A DNA stretch of 64,000 nucleotides from Phycisphaerae bacterium (GCA_016342495.1 JAEIOG010000011.1:4330-68329); one strand, 5' to 3'. Positions 36,367-46,591 are shown, numbered from the stretch's first letter. Notes: generated by a model not told the origin, from the letters alone. Made by a program: numbers and translations.

Positions 36367-37779
36367 ATGAGTAATCGTAGAGATTTTCTGAAAAGCATGA
36401 CTTTTGCATTGGGGACAGCAACAGTTTTGGGTGGCTGTAGTATGGCTAAGGCTTCGCGAAGCAAGCCGGGCTTTAATATGTCAGGATATTGTGCGCCTAA
36501 AATTCCAACTGTTAGAATAGGTTTTATTGGTCTGGGTATGAGAGGCCCTGGAGCGGTTTCCCGTATGACACATATCGAAGGTGTTGAAATTGCCGCTATT
36601 TGTGACAAACGCAAACAATGCACTGATAAAGTTGAAAAAATGCTGGCTAATAGTGGTTTTCCAAAACCAGCGGTTTATACTGGTAGCGAAGATGCATGGA
36701 AAGAAATGTGTCAGCGTGATGACCTGGACTTAATTTATATCGCAACACCATGGCATATGCATACACCAATGGCGGTTTATGCAATGGAACAAGGCAAGCA
36801 TGCCGCTAGCGAAGTTCCTGTGGCAACAACTATGGAAGAATGCTGGCAGTTGGTAGAAACTTCTGAAAAAACCAAAAAACATTGTGTTATTCTGGAAAAC
36901 TGCTGTTATGATTTCTTTGAAATGCTAACATTAAATATGGTGCGTCAGGGCATGTTTGGTGAAGTAATTCATGGAGAAGGGGCTTATATTCATAATCTGG
37001 TGGGTTTGAATTTCAATAAAAATGGTTATGCTGATATGTGGCGTTTGAACCACAATGCCAAACGCAACGGTAACCTTTACCCGACCCATGGTCTCGGCCC
37101 GGTTTGTCAGTGCATGGATATTAATCGTGGCGATAAGATGGAATATCTGACATCTATGGCCAGTGCTGACTTCACTATGAATGCTGAAGCTACCAAACGT
37201 GCTGAAACGGATGATTTTTACAAGCCTTATATCGGTAAGCCATATCGAGGCAATATGAATACTACATTAGTTAAGACCAATAAAGGTAGAACTATCATGA
37301 TTCAGCATGATGTAAGTTCGCCAAGGCCATATTCTCGTATCCATTTGGTGTCAGGTACTAAAGCTTTTGCACAGAAATGGCCTAAGACTCATATCGCATT
37401 GGGCCATAGTGCGGTTTCTGATGAGAAGCTACAAGAACTGTATGATACATATTCACCTGAAATCGTAACAAAGATTGGTGAGATGGCCAAAAAAGTTGGC
37501 GGTCATGGTGGGATGGACTTCCTGATGGATTGGTCGATGATTAATTCATTGCGCAATGGATTGCCTGTTGATATGGATTGTTATGATGCTGCTTTATGGT
37601 CATGTATTACTCCATTGTCAATTGAGTCGATTGCAAACCGTTCAAATTCGGTTAAGGTTCCAGACTTTACCCGCGGCAATTGGAAGACCAATAAGCCTGT
37701 GGCTTTAGAACTGAAAACTATCAATGGTGTTCGTGGAATCAAAAAAGCTGATGCTTCAGGTCAGCTAAAAGTTGAATAA
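36367..37779 (+). CDS. GH109-like NAD-dependent glycosidase (alpha-N-acetylgalactosaminidase family), Tat/lipobox exported
   Basis: The signal is RRDFLKS..LGGC. As far as I recall the GH109 sequence, this one is collinear with it: VRIGFIGLGMRG, TPWHMH, EVPVATTMEECW, ILENCCY, MVRQGMFGE, NGNLYPTHGLGP, GGHGGMDF and PDFTRGNWK. Confidence 0.8.
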   Translation: MSNRRDFLKSMTFALGTATVLGGCSMAKASRSKPGFNMSGYCAPKIPTVRIGFIGLGMRGPGAVSRMTHIEGVEIAAICDKRKQCTDKVEKMLANSGFPKPAVYTGSEDAWKEMCQRDDLDLIYIATPWHMHTPMAVYAMEQGKHAASEVPVATTMEECWQLVETSEKTKKHCVILENCCYDFFEMLTLNMVRQGMFGEVIHGEGAYIHNLVGLNFNKNGYADMWRLNHNAKRNGNLYPTHGLGPVCQCMDINRGDKMEYLTSMASADFTMNAEATKRAETDDFYKPYIGKPYRGNMNTTLVKTNKGRTIMIQHDVSSPRPYSRIHLVSGTKAFAQKWPKTHIALGHSAVSDEKLQELYDTYSPEIVTKIGEMAKKVGGHGGMDFLMDWSMINSLRNGLPVDMDCYDAALWSCITPLSIESIANRSNSVKVPDFTRGNWKTNKPVALELKTINGVRGIKKADASGQLKVE

Positions 37780-37791
37780 TTAGTTATAAAA

Positions 37792-37828
37792 AATAGAACG
37801 CGAGTATCATGCTGGCGTTCTATTTTCA
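37792..37828 (+). terminator. rho-independent terminator
   Basis: The stem is AATAGAACGC / GCGTTCTATT followed by TTTT, after the GH109-like gene. Confidence 0.75.
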
Positions 37829-37862
37829 AATAAAATAAAAAAGTTTTTCCAGGAGAATAAAA

Positions 37863-38861
37863 ATGGCAAGACCAGTGACATTATTTACCGGGCAATGGGC
37901 AGATATGCCTTTGGAAGATTTAGCTAAGTTGGCATCGGATATGGGCTATGATGGACTTGAACTGGCATGTTGGGGTGACCACATGGATGTTTTCAAGGCT
38001 GCTACTGATTTGGATTATTGCAAGAAACAGCTTGGAATCCTGGAAAAAAATAATTTGCAATGTTTTGCTATCAGTAATCATCTGGCAGGCCAGTTGGTTT
38101 GTGATTTGAACAATGACAGCCGCAGTGATTGTTTTGCCCCGGCAGAACTTGCCGGAAACGCCGAAGGTAAACGCAAGTGGGCCGTTGAATCAATGGTCAA
38201 TACCGCAAAAGCAGCTAAGAATTTAGGTCTTAAAGTTGCCAATGGTTTTACCGGGTCATCTATCTGGCATATGCTTTACAGCTTTCCGCCAGTATCAAGC
38301 GATATGATTGAAGAAGGCTTCCAGTATTTTGCGAAGATGTGGAATCCTATTTTGGATGTGTTTGATGATTGTGGTGTGAAGTTCGCATTAGAAGTTCATC
38401 CAACAGAAATAGCATTTGATATTGTTACTACAAAACGCGCTTTGGAAGCAATTAAACATCGCCCGGCATTTGGCTTTAATTTTGATCCTAGTCATTTATA
38501 TTGGCAGATGGTTGATCCGGCATTATTTATTGAAGAATTTGATGATCGTATTTATCATGTTCATATGAAAGATGCTGCGTTGCAAACCAATGGTTTTAGG
38601 GGGATTCTGGCATCCCATCTGAATTTTGGCGAAAAAGACCGTGGGTGGGATTTCCGCAGTCTGGGCCGAGGTGGCGTTGATTTTGAAGAAATTATTCGTG
38701 CATTAAATCATGCTGGTTATGATGGTCCACTTTCAGTCGAATGGGAAGATTGCGGTATGGAAAGAGTGCATGGTGCGACAGAAGCCTGCGAATTTGTTCG
38801 TTCGGTAGACTTTCAGCCATCAAATGTTGTTTTTGATGAAGCATTTGACGACAAAAAATAA
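37863..38861 (+). CDS. sugar phosphate isomerase/epimerase (xylose isomerase-like TIM barrel)
   Basis: AGGAG lies 8 nt before the ATG. The 332-aa product shows YDGLELACWGDH, ALEVHP, FNFDPSH and SVEWED, the typical pattern of AP-endonuclease-2/xylose-isomerase-like barrels. Confidence 0.8.
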   Translation: MARPVTLFTGQWADMPLEDLAKLASDMGYDGLELACWGDHMDVFKAATDLDYCKKQLGILEKNNLQCFAISNHLAGQLVCDLNNDSRSDCFAPAELAGNAEGKRKWAVESMVNTAKAAKNLGLKVANGFTGSSIWHMLYSFPPVSSDMIEEGFQYFAKMWNPILDVFDDCGVKFALEVHPTEIAFDIVTTKRALEAIKHRPAFGFNFDPSHLYWQMVDPALFIEEFDDRIYHVHMKDAALQTNGFRGILASHLNFGEKDRGWDFRSLGRGGVDFEEIIRALNHAGYDGPLSVEWEDCGMERVHGATEACEFVRSVDFQPSNVVFDEAFDDKK

Positions 38862-38897
38862 TGCATTAATTACTCAAACTGACTGATAGTCTGTTTG

Positions 38898-39105
38898 AGA
38901 GTGAAAAACTAAAAGTGAAAAGTGAAATGTTGCGGTATTTACCTGCGGTAAATGATAATTTCAAATAATACTGAAGTCTTTACTGAAAATATATTTATAG
39001 ATGATTTTCGGTCAGTTTGAATTGATCATGTCTATAACATTTTCTGTGCTCTGTGGGTAGAGAAAAGCCGCCCAGCAGGTTTTTTTGCATTTTCTACTTT
39101 TGATG
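38898..39105 (+). repeat. heptamer-armed element D
   Basis: AGTGAAAAGTGAAATGTTGCGGTATT matches element A (AGTGAAAAGTGAAAAGTTGTGGTGTT) at 23 of 26 positions. The distal arm is GCATTTTCTACTTTTGATG. A 10-nt inverted repeat encloses part of it: TCAAACTGAC at 38876 and GTCAGTTTGA at 39011. Confidence 0.6.
39051..39086 (+). terminator. rho-independent terminator
   Basis: The stem is CTGTGGG / CCCAGCAG (7 bp, 1-nt bulge) followed by T7. It closes the 300-nt non-coding tract after 38861. Confidence 0.65.
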
Positions 39106-39164
39106 TATCCATCATTATAATTATATAGGTAAGATTTTATAATTTATTTGAGAGCAGTAATACC

Positions 39165-40475
39165 ATGACTAAAAACAATCCAAATCGCAGAAGTTTTTTG
39201 AAATCAAGTGCTTTGGGGATGGGGGCTTGTTTGTTTCCTGGCATAATTCCCTCTACTGTATTAGGGCGTGACGGTGCGGTTGCTCCCAGTAATAAAATCG
39301 GCATTGGCTGTGTTGGAATGGGTATGATGGGGCCAGGCAATATGGGACAATTCCTGAATATGGATGATGTTCAGGTTGTTGGTGTTGCTGACATAGACAA
39401 AAATGCTTTGGCTGGTGGTTTAAATCAGGTAAAAGGCAGATATGGCCAGGCCTGCCAGAGTTATCACGAATATCGAGAGATGTTTGCCCGCAAAGATATT
39501 GATGCGGTGATGCTGGCTGTGCCGGACCACTGGCATGCGATTGCTGCGATAGATGCGGCCAAGGCGGGTCTGGATATTTACGGTGAAAAACCACTTTCGC
39601 ATACCTTTGAAGAAGGTCTGGCGATGTGCAAGGCAGTCGAACGTTATGGTCGTATCTGGCAGACAGGCAGTTGGCAGCGTAGTGAATCGAATTTTCGTAT
39701 CGGTGCTGAGCTTGTTCGGAATGGCCGTATCGGAAAACTTCAGAATGTTGAAGTTGGCTTGCCAAGTGGCTATGGCTTATTTGGCGGTTCTTCTGATACA
39801 ACAGTTATGGAAGCACCTGCAACATTAGATTATGATCGCTGGTTAGGGCCGGCACCTTATATGCCATATAGTCCAGCGAGAGTTCATCGAGTCTGGCGTT
39901 GGAATTATGATTATGGCGGGGGCCAACTTATGGACTGGGTAGGGCATCATGTTGATATCGCTCATTGGGGTATGGGTATGGATGAAAGCGGGCCGGTTGA
40001 AGTTTATGGAACTGGTGATTTTTCAGAAACAACTAAAGTTTGGAATGCCGCCTCAAAATATAATGTAACAGCCAAATATGCAAATGGTGTAGTTTTACAT
40101 ATTGCCGATTCGACACAAACTCCTATGGGAACCAAATGGATAGGTGATCAGGGCTGGATTTACGTAGATCGCGGTAATGTAATCCGTTCCAGCAATTCAG
40201 AAATACTCAAAGAAACTGTTGGTGCTGGTGAAATTAAATTGTACGACAGCAAAAATCACTGGCGTAACTTTATTGATTGCATCAAAACCCGGCAAGCGAC
40301 AATTACACCCTGTCAGACTGCGCATCGATCGGCAACGGTTGGGCATCTTGGTCTTATCTCAATTAAGCTTGGTGGAAGAAAGATTAAGTTCGACCCTGTC
40401 GCTCAAAAGATTATTGGTGATTTTACCGCTAGGCGTATGCTGGGCACATCAATGCGTAGCCCATGGAAAATCTAA
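39165..40475 (+). CDS. Tat-exported Gfo/Idh/MocA family oxidoreductase (tandem paralog A)
   Basis: It has an RRSFLKSSALGMGA Tat signal, Rossmann IGIGCVGMGMMG, and PDHWHA..YGEKP. Confidence 0.85.
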   Translation: MTKNNPNRRSFLKSSALGMGACLFPGIIPSTVLGRDGAVAPSNKIGIGCVGMGMMGPGNMGQFLNMDDVQVVGVADIDKNALAGGLNQVKGRYGQACQSYHEYREMFARKDIDAVMLAVPDHWHAIAAIDAAKAGLDIYGEKPLSHTFEEGLAMCKAVERYGRIWQTGSWQRSESNFRIGAELVRNGRIGKLQNVEVGLPSGYGLFGGSSDTTVMEAPATLDYDRWLGPAPYMPYSPARVHRVWRWNYDYGGGQLMDWVGHHVDIAHWGMGMDESGPVEVYGTGDFSETTKVWNAASKYNVTAKYANGVVLHIADSTQTPMGTKWIGDQGWIYVDRGNVIRSSNSEILKETVGAGEIKLYDSKNHWRNFIDCIKTRQATITPCQTAHRSATVGHLGLISIKLGGRKIKFDPVAQKIIGDFTARRMLGTSMRSPWKI

Positions 40476-40489
40476 TTGAAAGTTTACTT

Positions 40490-41803
40490 ATGGAAAATAA
40501 TAATTTAAATCGTAGAAAATTCTTAAAGAGCGCTGCTTCGATTGGCTTTGGAGCTTGCGTGTTTCCGGCAATTATTCCAGCTGGTGCTTTAGGTATGAAC
40601 GGTGATGTTGCACCCAGTAATAAAATAATCATGGGTTGCGCCGGTATGGGAGGAATGGGATCAGCCAATACCAATAATTTTCTGGGATTTAATGATGTTC
40701 AAGTTGTAGCTGTTTGTGATGTAGATAAAAATCATCTGGAATCAGGAAAGAATTTAGTAAAACGCAAATATGGCAAAGAATGCGACGGCTATCATGATTA
40801 CCGTGATATGATCGCAAGAAAAGATATTGATGCGGTGATGTTTGCATTGCCAGACCATTGGCATGCTGTTGCGGCAATTGATGCGGCCAAAGCTGGAAAA
40901 GATTTGTACAGCGAAAAGCCCATATCACATACTTTTAATGAAGGTATAGCGATTTGTGATGCAATTAAGCGTTATGATCGTATCTGGCAGACGGGCAGTT
41001 GGCAACGAAGTCAATCAAATTTCAGGATTGGTGCTGAGCTTGTACGCAATAATCGAATTGGTAAGGTTCATACGACAGAAGTCGGTTTACCTTCGGGCCC
41101 TGACAAGAATCGAACTGCACCAGAGGAATTTATTATACAAAAGCCACCAGCTCAGTTGGATTATGATCGATGGCTTGGCCCGGCATTAGATAGTCCTTAC
41201 TGTCCAGCCCGTGTACATAACAATTGGCGTTGGAATTATGATTATGGCGGGGGGCAAATGCTGGATTGGATCGGCCATCATGGCGATATCGCCCATTGGG
41301 GATTGGGTTTTGAACATACCGGCCCGGTTGAGGTAGAAGGTGTTGGCAGTTTTCCCGCCAGCGGTGAAATTTGGAATACGGCCACTGAATACCGTATTGT
41401 TGCAAAATATGCCAATGGTATGAATATGATAATCGCTGATACTACACATATTCCAATGGGAACCAAATGGATAGGTGACAGGGGCTGGATATTTGTTGAT
41501 CGAGGTGGGGTGCTCCGCGCCAGTGATCCTGAAATTCTTAAACAGACAGTTGGACCTGATGAAATCAAGCTGTATAAATCAACTGATCACCCTCGTAATT
41601 TTATTGATTGTGTCAGAACACGTCAGCAGACAATTGCCCCATGTGATATAGCTCATCGATCAACAACACCTGGGCACCTGGGTTTGATCGCAATGAAGCT
41701 AGGCCGTAAAATCAAGTTTAACCCAGAAACTCAGAAAATCATAAATGATTCTACTGCGTCATCTATGCTTGGCTATACTATGCGTGCTCCATGGAGTATC
41801 TAA
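40490..41803 (+). CDS. Tat-exported Gfo/Idh/MocA family oxidoreductase (tandem paralog B)
   Basis: This is ORF 40463-41803; ATG 40490 gives MENNNLNRRKFLKSAAS. It is collinear with, and highly similar to, 39165-40475. Confidence 0.85.
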   Translation: MENNNLNRRKFLKSAASIGFGACVFPAIIPAGALGMNGDVAPSNKIIMGCAGMGGMGSANTNNFLGFNDVQVVAVCDVDKNHLESGKNLVKRKYGKECDGYHDYRDMIARKDIDAVMFALPDHWHAVAAIDAAKAGKDLYSEKPISHTFNEGIAICDAIKRYDRIWQTGSWQRSQSNFRIGAELVRNNRIGKVHTTEVGLPSGPDKNRTAPEEFIIQKPPAQLDYDRWLGPALDSPYCPARVHNNWRWNYDYGGGQMLDWIGHHGDIAHWGLGFEHTGPVEVEGVGSFPASGEIWNTATEYRIVAKYANGMNMIIADTTHIPMGTKWIGDRGWIFVDRGGVLRASDPEILKQTVGPDEIKLYKSTDHPRNFIDCVRTRQQTIAPCDIAHRSTTPGHLGLIAMKLGRKIKFNPETQKIINDSTASSMLGYTMRAPWSI

Positions 41804-41850
41804 ACCTAAATTCAGTTAAATAATCATGTTTATTAAAACAGGTGTAAAAA

Positions 41851-44800
41851 ATGAATAAAATAACAAAAATAATTTTAATATTGGCTTTTATCTTTACTAC
41901 TAATTCTATTGCAAATGCAGCGGTGTCAGCAGATGAACTGGCAAAAATACAAAAAGCTGCCCCGGCTAAAGCTCCAGCTAAGCCTGCTACAGCGCGCAAA
42001 CTGCTTATTTTTAGTAAATGTAATGGCTATCGGCATGGGTCTATACCATATGTGACCGCTGCTATCGAAATAATGGGAAAGAAAACCGGTGCTTATACCA
42101 CCGCGGTATCAGAAGACATGAATGTTTTTGCGCCTGAATATCTCAATGGCTATGATGCGGTATGTTTCAATAATACAACAATGCTTACATTTACTCCTTC
42201 ACAGCGTCAGGCCTTGATGAGTTTTGTTAAAGGTGGTAAAGGTATTGTTGGTATTCACGCAGCTACCGATAATTTTTATAAATGGCCAGAAGCAGCCGAA
42301 ATGATGGGTGGGACATTTGATGGGCATCCATGGGTATCAAATGGCACATGGGCAGTGCAAATTGAAGATGGAAGCCATCCATTGATGAAGAGTTTTGCTG
42401 GTAAAGATTTTAAGATAACTGAAGAAATTTATCGCACTAAACCAATGAATTTACGCGAGAACAATCGTGTGCTGATGGGGCTTGATTTTGGCGATAAAGC
42501 AACAGCTACAGCCAACGGTGTTCGCGAAAGTGATGTTGATGTGCCTATCAGCTGGTTACGTGATTATCACAAGGGTAGGGTTTTTTATTGCGGTATTGGC
42601 CATAATAAACAACATCTTTGGAATCCCGCGATTTTAGGACACTACTTAGCGGGTATACAGTTTGCTTTTGGCGATCTGGAAGCTTCTACAGAACCTATCA
42701 GCCTGGGACAAGCAGAGATTAAGAGATTTAATGTAATTCTTGATAATGTTAAAAGCTATAAGTATGGCGATGATGACAAACAGCTACGAAAGCTTGAACG
42801 TGACGTTATGACAGAAACTGATCCGGCTAAGCTTGTTGTTATGGTTAAAGGATTGAACGATTTTGTGGTTTCAGATGCAACCCTGGCTTCCAAACAAATG
42901 GCTTGCCGTCTGTTAAGTGTTGTTGGTAAGGAATCTTCGGTTAACCCCCTTGTTTCTCTGTTAGCAGATGATAAAACCGCTGGGATGGCTTTGTATGCCT
43001 TGGGAACAATCGAGGGTTTAGCGGTTGATGAAGCTTTAAGAAATGCATTGCCTAAAGTAAAAGCTGAAGTTCAGATTGGCATTATAAATGTAATTGGCCA
43101 ACGCAAGGATTCTTATGCGGTCGAAGCTTTGACTAAAGCTATTGGACAAGGCAAAGAAGAGACGGTGTTGGCTGGAATAAATGCTTTAGGGCATATAGCT
43201 GATCATCAGGCAGCTAAAGTTTTAAATCAATTTATCGTAGATAATTCTGATCCAAAAATTAAAGCCGCAGCTTATGATGCCTTGTTGCGTTGCGCGGAAA
43301 GTTTTGCGGCTAATGATACCGATGCCGCTAGTAAAGCATATCGCTTAATTTATGAGACCGCAGGTTCGGATTATTTACGGGCAGCTGGTCTAAATGGTTT
43401 GCTTAGCTGTTCGGGTGAGAAAGCTGGTAAACTGGTTGTAGAAGTGTTGAAGTCAGGCGATCAAGCAATGGCAATTGCTGTGTTGGGCCAGGTGCGTAAG
43501 TCTTCTTCTGTTAAACAACTGAAATCTTATGTGGCTTTGATGCCAGAATTGCAAAGTGCAGTTCGAGCTCAGCTTTTATCGGCTTTAGCTGAAACCAAGG
43601 ATCCTACAGTGTTACCTGCGATCATTGCGGCTATTGCTGATCCTGACCAGCGGGTTCGGCTAACAGCGATAGCGGTTTTGCCAAATGTAGGTGGTGTCGA
43701 AGAAATCAAGCTTTTGCTTGATAAAACTATAAATGGTTCTCGCGAAGAACAGGCTGCCGCTCGAGAGAGCTTGAAAAGATTACGTGGCAAAAAAGTTGAT
43801 GCCGCTATGTTGGCAATGCTGGATAATGCTGAGGCGGCGGTTAAAATAGAATTAATCACAGCGATTAGCTCACGCGGATTGTCAGGTGATCTGGTTATGT
43901 TGCCTTTGATAAAGATTGCTGCAACTGAAGCCAGTTCGAAAGTGCGTCAGGAAGCATTGAAAGCTTTGCCGGGCTTTGTCAAGGCAAAAGATTTTACTGC
44001 ATTAGTACAGTTGATTTTAATATTAGAAAATGATCGTGATCGTTCATTAGCTATTAACGTAGCCGAGGCCGCATATAGATGTGGCGATGTTGATATGGCG
44101 ATTGTTAAGAAAAGCCTTGCTGTTGAAGATGTTGCGAAAAAAGTTTCGATAATCGAACTTGCTGGCAAACTTTCGGCGGCAAATTGTCTTGAAGAACTTG
44201 CTGAAATATTAAAATCAGATAATCCGGTTCTCAAGACCGCAGTTATTAAAGCATTGTCGCAATGGCAGTCGGATGAACCAATTATGTCTTTATATGAAAT
44301 TGCAAAAAATTCTCAAGTGCGGAAAGATAAAGTATTGGCCTTTCGTGGTTTTGTGAAACTAATTGGGCAGAATTCCAATCGTCCAGGTGAAGTTTCGGCC
44401 AAGTATTGTCGAGATGGGATGGCTATTGCCGAGACAGCAACTGACAAACGTCAGGTGATCGCAGCGATAGGTCAATGTCCGGCATGGGAAACCTTTACGC
44501 TTGCTTATGAATATATTCAAAGTGCTGATCTGGCTAATGATGCCGCAGCGGTTACGGTTTCTATCGGTCAAAAAGTCGCTGGTTATAACCCATCCCAAGT
44601 TCGAGAAGTAATTCAAAGTATTATTGGTAATTCCAATATAGCTGATAATATCAAAAATGAAGGCAAAGAAATCCTGAAAAAAATTGCAGCAAATGAAGCT
44701 TTTATTACCGATTGGAAAGTCTCGGGGCCATATCAGATGGCTGGTAAGGATTATGCGGCATTATTTGATATTGCATTTGCTCCGGAAAAAAATGAAGCTG

Positions 44801-45177
44801 TTGCCTGGAAAAATCTATCAGCAGCAAACAGAGGTCAAAAAGCAATTAATTTACTTAAGGAATACAACGGGGAAAGTTGTGTTATGTATTTGGCTACTTC
44901 AATTTATGTTGACAGCGAGCAAACGGCTAAAGTTAATTTTGGTAGTGACGATGGTGCAAAAGTGTGGATAAATAAACAGAATGTATTTGGCATAAATGCA
45001 TCGAGAGCTCATACACATGGTGTTGATAAATTTGATATTAAGCTTAATAAAGGCTGGAATACTATATTGGCTAAAATAACTCAAGGCGCAGGCGATTGGG
45101 CTTTGAGTATGGAAATTAGAGATTTAAGTGGCAAACCTGTCAAGGGTATGCGCATTGACCCGAGCAGAATTAAATAA
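41851..45177 (+). CDS. secreted ThuA-like domain / HEAT-repeat / C-terminal beta-sandwich fusion protein
   Basis: It has a Sec signal. The ThuA pattern is present (LLIFSKCNGYRHGSIP, GIHAATD, GGTFDGHPW, VFYCGIGHN). About 600 aa of HEAT/PBS-lyase-like repeats follow, then a C-terminal beta-rich domain. Confidence 0.75.
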   Translation: MNKITKIILILAFIFTTNSIANAAVSADELAKIQKAAPAKAPAKPATARKLLIFSKCNGYRHGSIPYVTAAIEIMGKKTGAYTTAVSEDMNVFAPEYLNGYDAVCFNNTTMLTFTPSQRQALMSFVKGGKGIVGIHAATDNFYKWPEAAEMMGGTFDGHPWVSNGTWAVQIEDGSHPLMKSFAGKDFKITEEIYRTKPMNLRENNRVLMGLDFGDKATATANGVRESDVDVPISWLRDYHKGRVFYCGIGHNKQHLWNPAILGHYLAGIQFAFGDLEASTEPISLGQAEIKRFNVILDNVKSYKYGDDDKQLRKLERDVMTETDPAKLVVMVKGLNDFVVSDATLASKQMACRLLSVVGKESSVNPLVSLLADDKTAGMALYALGTIEGLAVDEALRNALPKVKAEVQIGIINVIGQRKDSYAVEALTKAIGQGKEETVLAGINALGHIADHQAAKVLNQFIVDNSDPKIKAAAYDALLRCAESFAANDTDAASKAYRLIYETAGSDYLRAAGLNGLLSCSGEKAGKLVVEVLKSGDQAMAIAVLGQVRKSSSVKQLKSYVALMPELQSAVRAQLLSALAETKDPTVLPAIIAAIADPDQRVRLTAIAVLPNVGGVEEIKLLLDKTINGSREEQAAARESLKRLRGKKVDAAMLAMLDNAEAAVKIELITAISSRGLSGDLVMLPLIKIAATEASSKVRQEALKALPGFVKAKDFTALVQLILILENDRDRSLAINVAEAAYRCGDVDMAIVKKSLAVEDVAKKVSIIELAGKLSAANCLEELAEILKSDNPVLKTAVIKALSQWQSDEPIMSLYEIAKNSQVRKDKVLAFRGFVKLIGQNSNRPGEVSAKYCRDGMAIAETATDKRQVIAAIGQCPAWETFTLAYEYIQSADLANDAAAVTVSIGQKVAGYNPSQVREVIQSIIGNSNIADNIKNEGKEILKKIAANEAFITDWKVSGPYQMAGKDYAALFDIAFAPEKNEAVAWKNLSAANRGQKAINLLKEYNGESCVMYLATSIYVDSEQTAKVNFGSDDGAKVWINKQNVFGINASRAHTHGVDKFDIKLNKGWNTILAKITQGAGDWALSMEIRDLSGKPVKGMRIDPSRIK

Positions 45178-45198
45178 CTTTTATTTAGGAAAATTATA

Positions 45199-46536
45199 AT
45201 GGCAAATAAAAACTTAACTAGACGAGATTTCCTTGCTGGCTCTTTGGCGGCAACGGCTTTTATGTATGTACCCAAACATGTTTTGGGTGGCCCTGGCATT
45301 ACTGCACCGAGTGATAAACTTAATATCGCAGCTATTGGTGCTGGCGGCAGGGCAGGTTCAAATATTGTTGGCGCTGGTAAGGGTAATAATATTGTTGCAT
45401 TATGCGATGTAGATCTTAATCGTGCAAAAGACATGTGGGGTAGATACCCGAATGCAGCAAAGTTTAGAGATTTCCGCGTTATGCTGGATAAACAGAAAGA
45501 TATTGACGCGGTTATTGTATCGACACCTGACCACATGCATGCCTATGCGGCACTGTCAGCGATAAAAATGGGCAAGCATGTCTATTGCGAAAAACCTTTG
45601 ACTCATACAATTCAAGAAGCTCGTATATTAACTGAACAGGCAAGAAAATATAAAGTCGCTACCCAGATGGGTAATCAAGGTCATAGCGGCTCTGGTATCA
45701 GAAGAGTTTCCGAATGGGTCAAATCTGGTGTTATCGGTAAAATCAAAGAAGTTCGTTGTTGGACTGACAGGCCAAATAATTGGTGGCCACAGGGTATGGA
45801 TAAATTCCCTGCTGAAGCTCAGCCTGTTCCATCAACTTTAGAATGGGATATGTGGCTTGGTACCGCTGCCTGGCGTGAGTATAATGCGGCTTATTTGCCA
45901 TTTATCTGGCGTGGCTGGTGGGATTTCGGCACTGGTTCTCTAGGTGATATGGGTTGCCATATTATGGATATTCCATTTACCGCTCTGGGTTTGAAAGCAC
46001 CGATTAGCGTTGAAGCTGATACTGGCAAATTCTCAGCAGTCAGCCCGCCACTGGAATCTACAATTAAATATGAATTTATGGTTGACGGTAATAAAGTCCC
46101 GTTTACCTGGTATGATGGCGGAAGATTGCCTGAAAGACCAAAAATGGTACCAAAAGATGCCAAACTCGGTGATGGGTGTGGATCGATGATTATCGGTGAA
46201 GATGCCGTTATCGTAGCTGGTACTTATGGTGGTGGAGCCTGGGTTTATCCTGAAGCTAAAATGGATGAGATTAAGAAAGTGCCCAAGAGCACTCCAAACT
46301 CACCTGGTCATTATGAAGAATGGATAGCTGCCTGTAAGGGTGGGGCAAAAGCTGGTTCTAATTTTGATGTTTCCGGTGCCCTTACCGAAACGGTATTGCT
46401 GGGCAATGTCGCTATGCTTGCCAAACAGAAAATCCTTTGGGATAGTAAAAATCTTAAAGTTACCAATAGCGCAGAAGCTAACAAACTGATTTCCAAAACC
46501 TATCGTAAAGGCTGGGATATTAAAGATTTACTGTAA
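45199..46536 (+). CDS. Tat-exported Gfo/Idh/MocA family oxidoreductase
   Basis: It has an RRDFLAGSLAATA Tat signal, Rossmann IAAIGAGGRAG, and TPDHMHA..YCEKP. Confidence 0.85.
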   Translation: MANKNLTRRDFLAGSLAATAFMYVPKHVLGGPGITAPSDKLNIAAIGAGGRAGSNIVGAGKGNNIVALCDVDLNRAKDMWGRYPNAAKFRDFRVMLDKQKDIDAVIVSTPDHMHAYAALSAIKMGKHVYCEKPLTHTIQEARILTEQARKYKVATQMGNQGHSGSGIRRVSEWVKSGVIGKIKEVRCWTDRPNNWWPQGMDKFPAEAQPVPSTLEWDMWLGTAAWREYNAAYLPFIWRGWWDFGTGSLGDMGCHIMDIPFTALGLKAPISVEADTGKFSAVSPPLESTIKYEFMVDGNKVPFTWYDGGRLPERPKMVPKDAKLGDGCGSMIIGEDAVIVAGTYGGGAWVYPEAKMDEIKKVPKSTPNSPGHYEEWIAACKGGAKAGSNFDVSGALTETVLLGNVAMLAKQKILWDSKNLKVTNSAEANKLISKTYRKGWDIKDLL

Positions 46537-46591
46537 TCTTACCCTGTTGGTAGCGACAGGAATTTAAAGTTTTATAATTATAGGAGTTATT

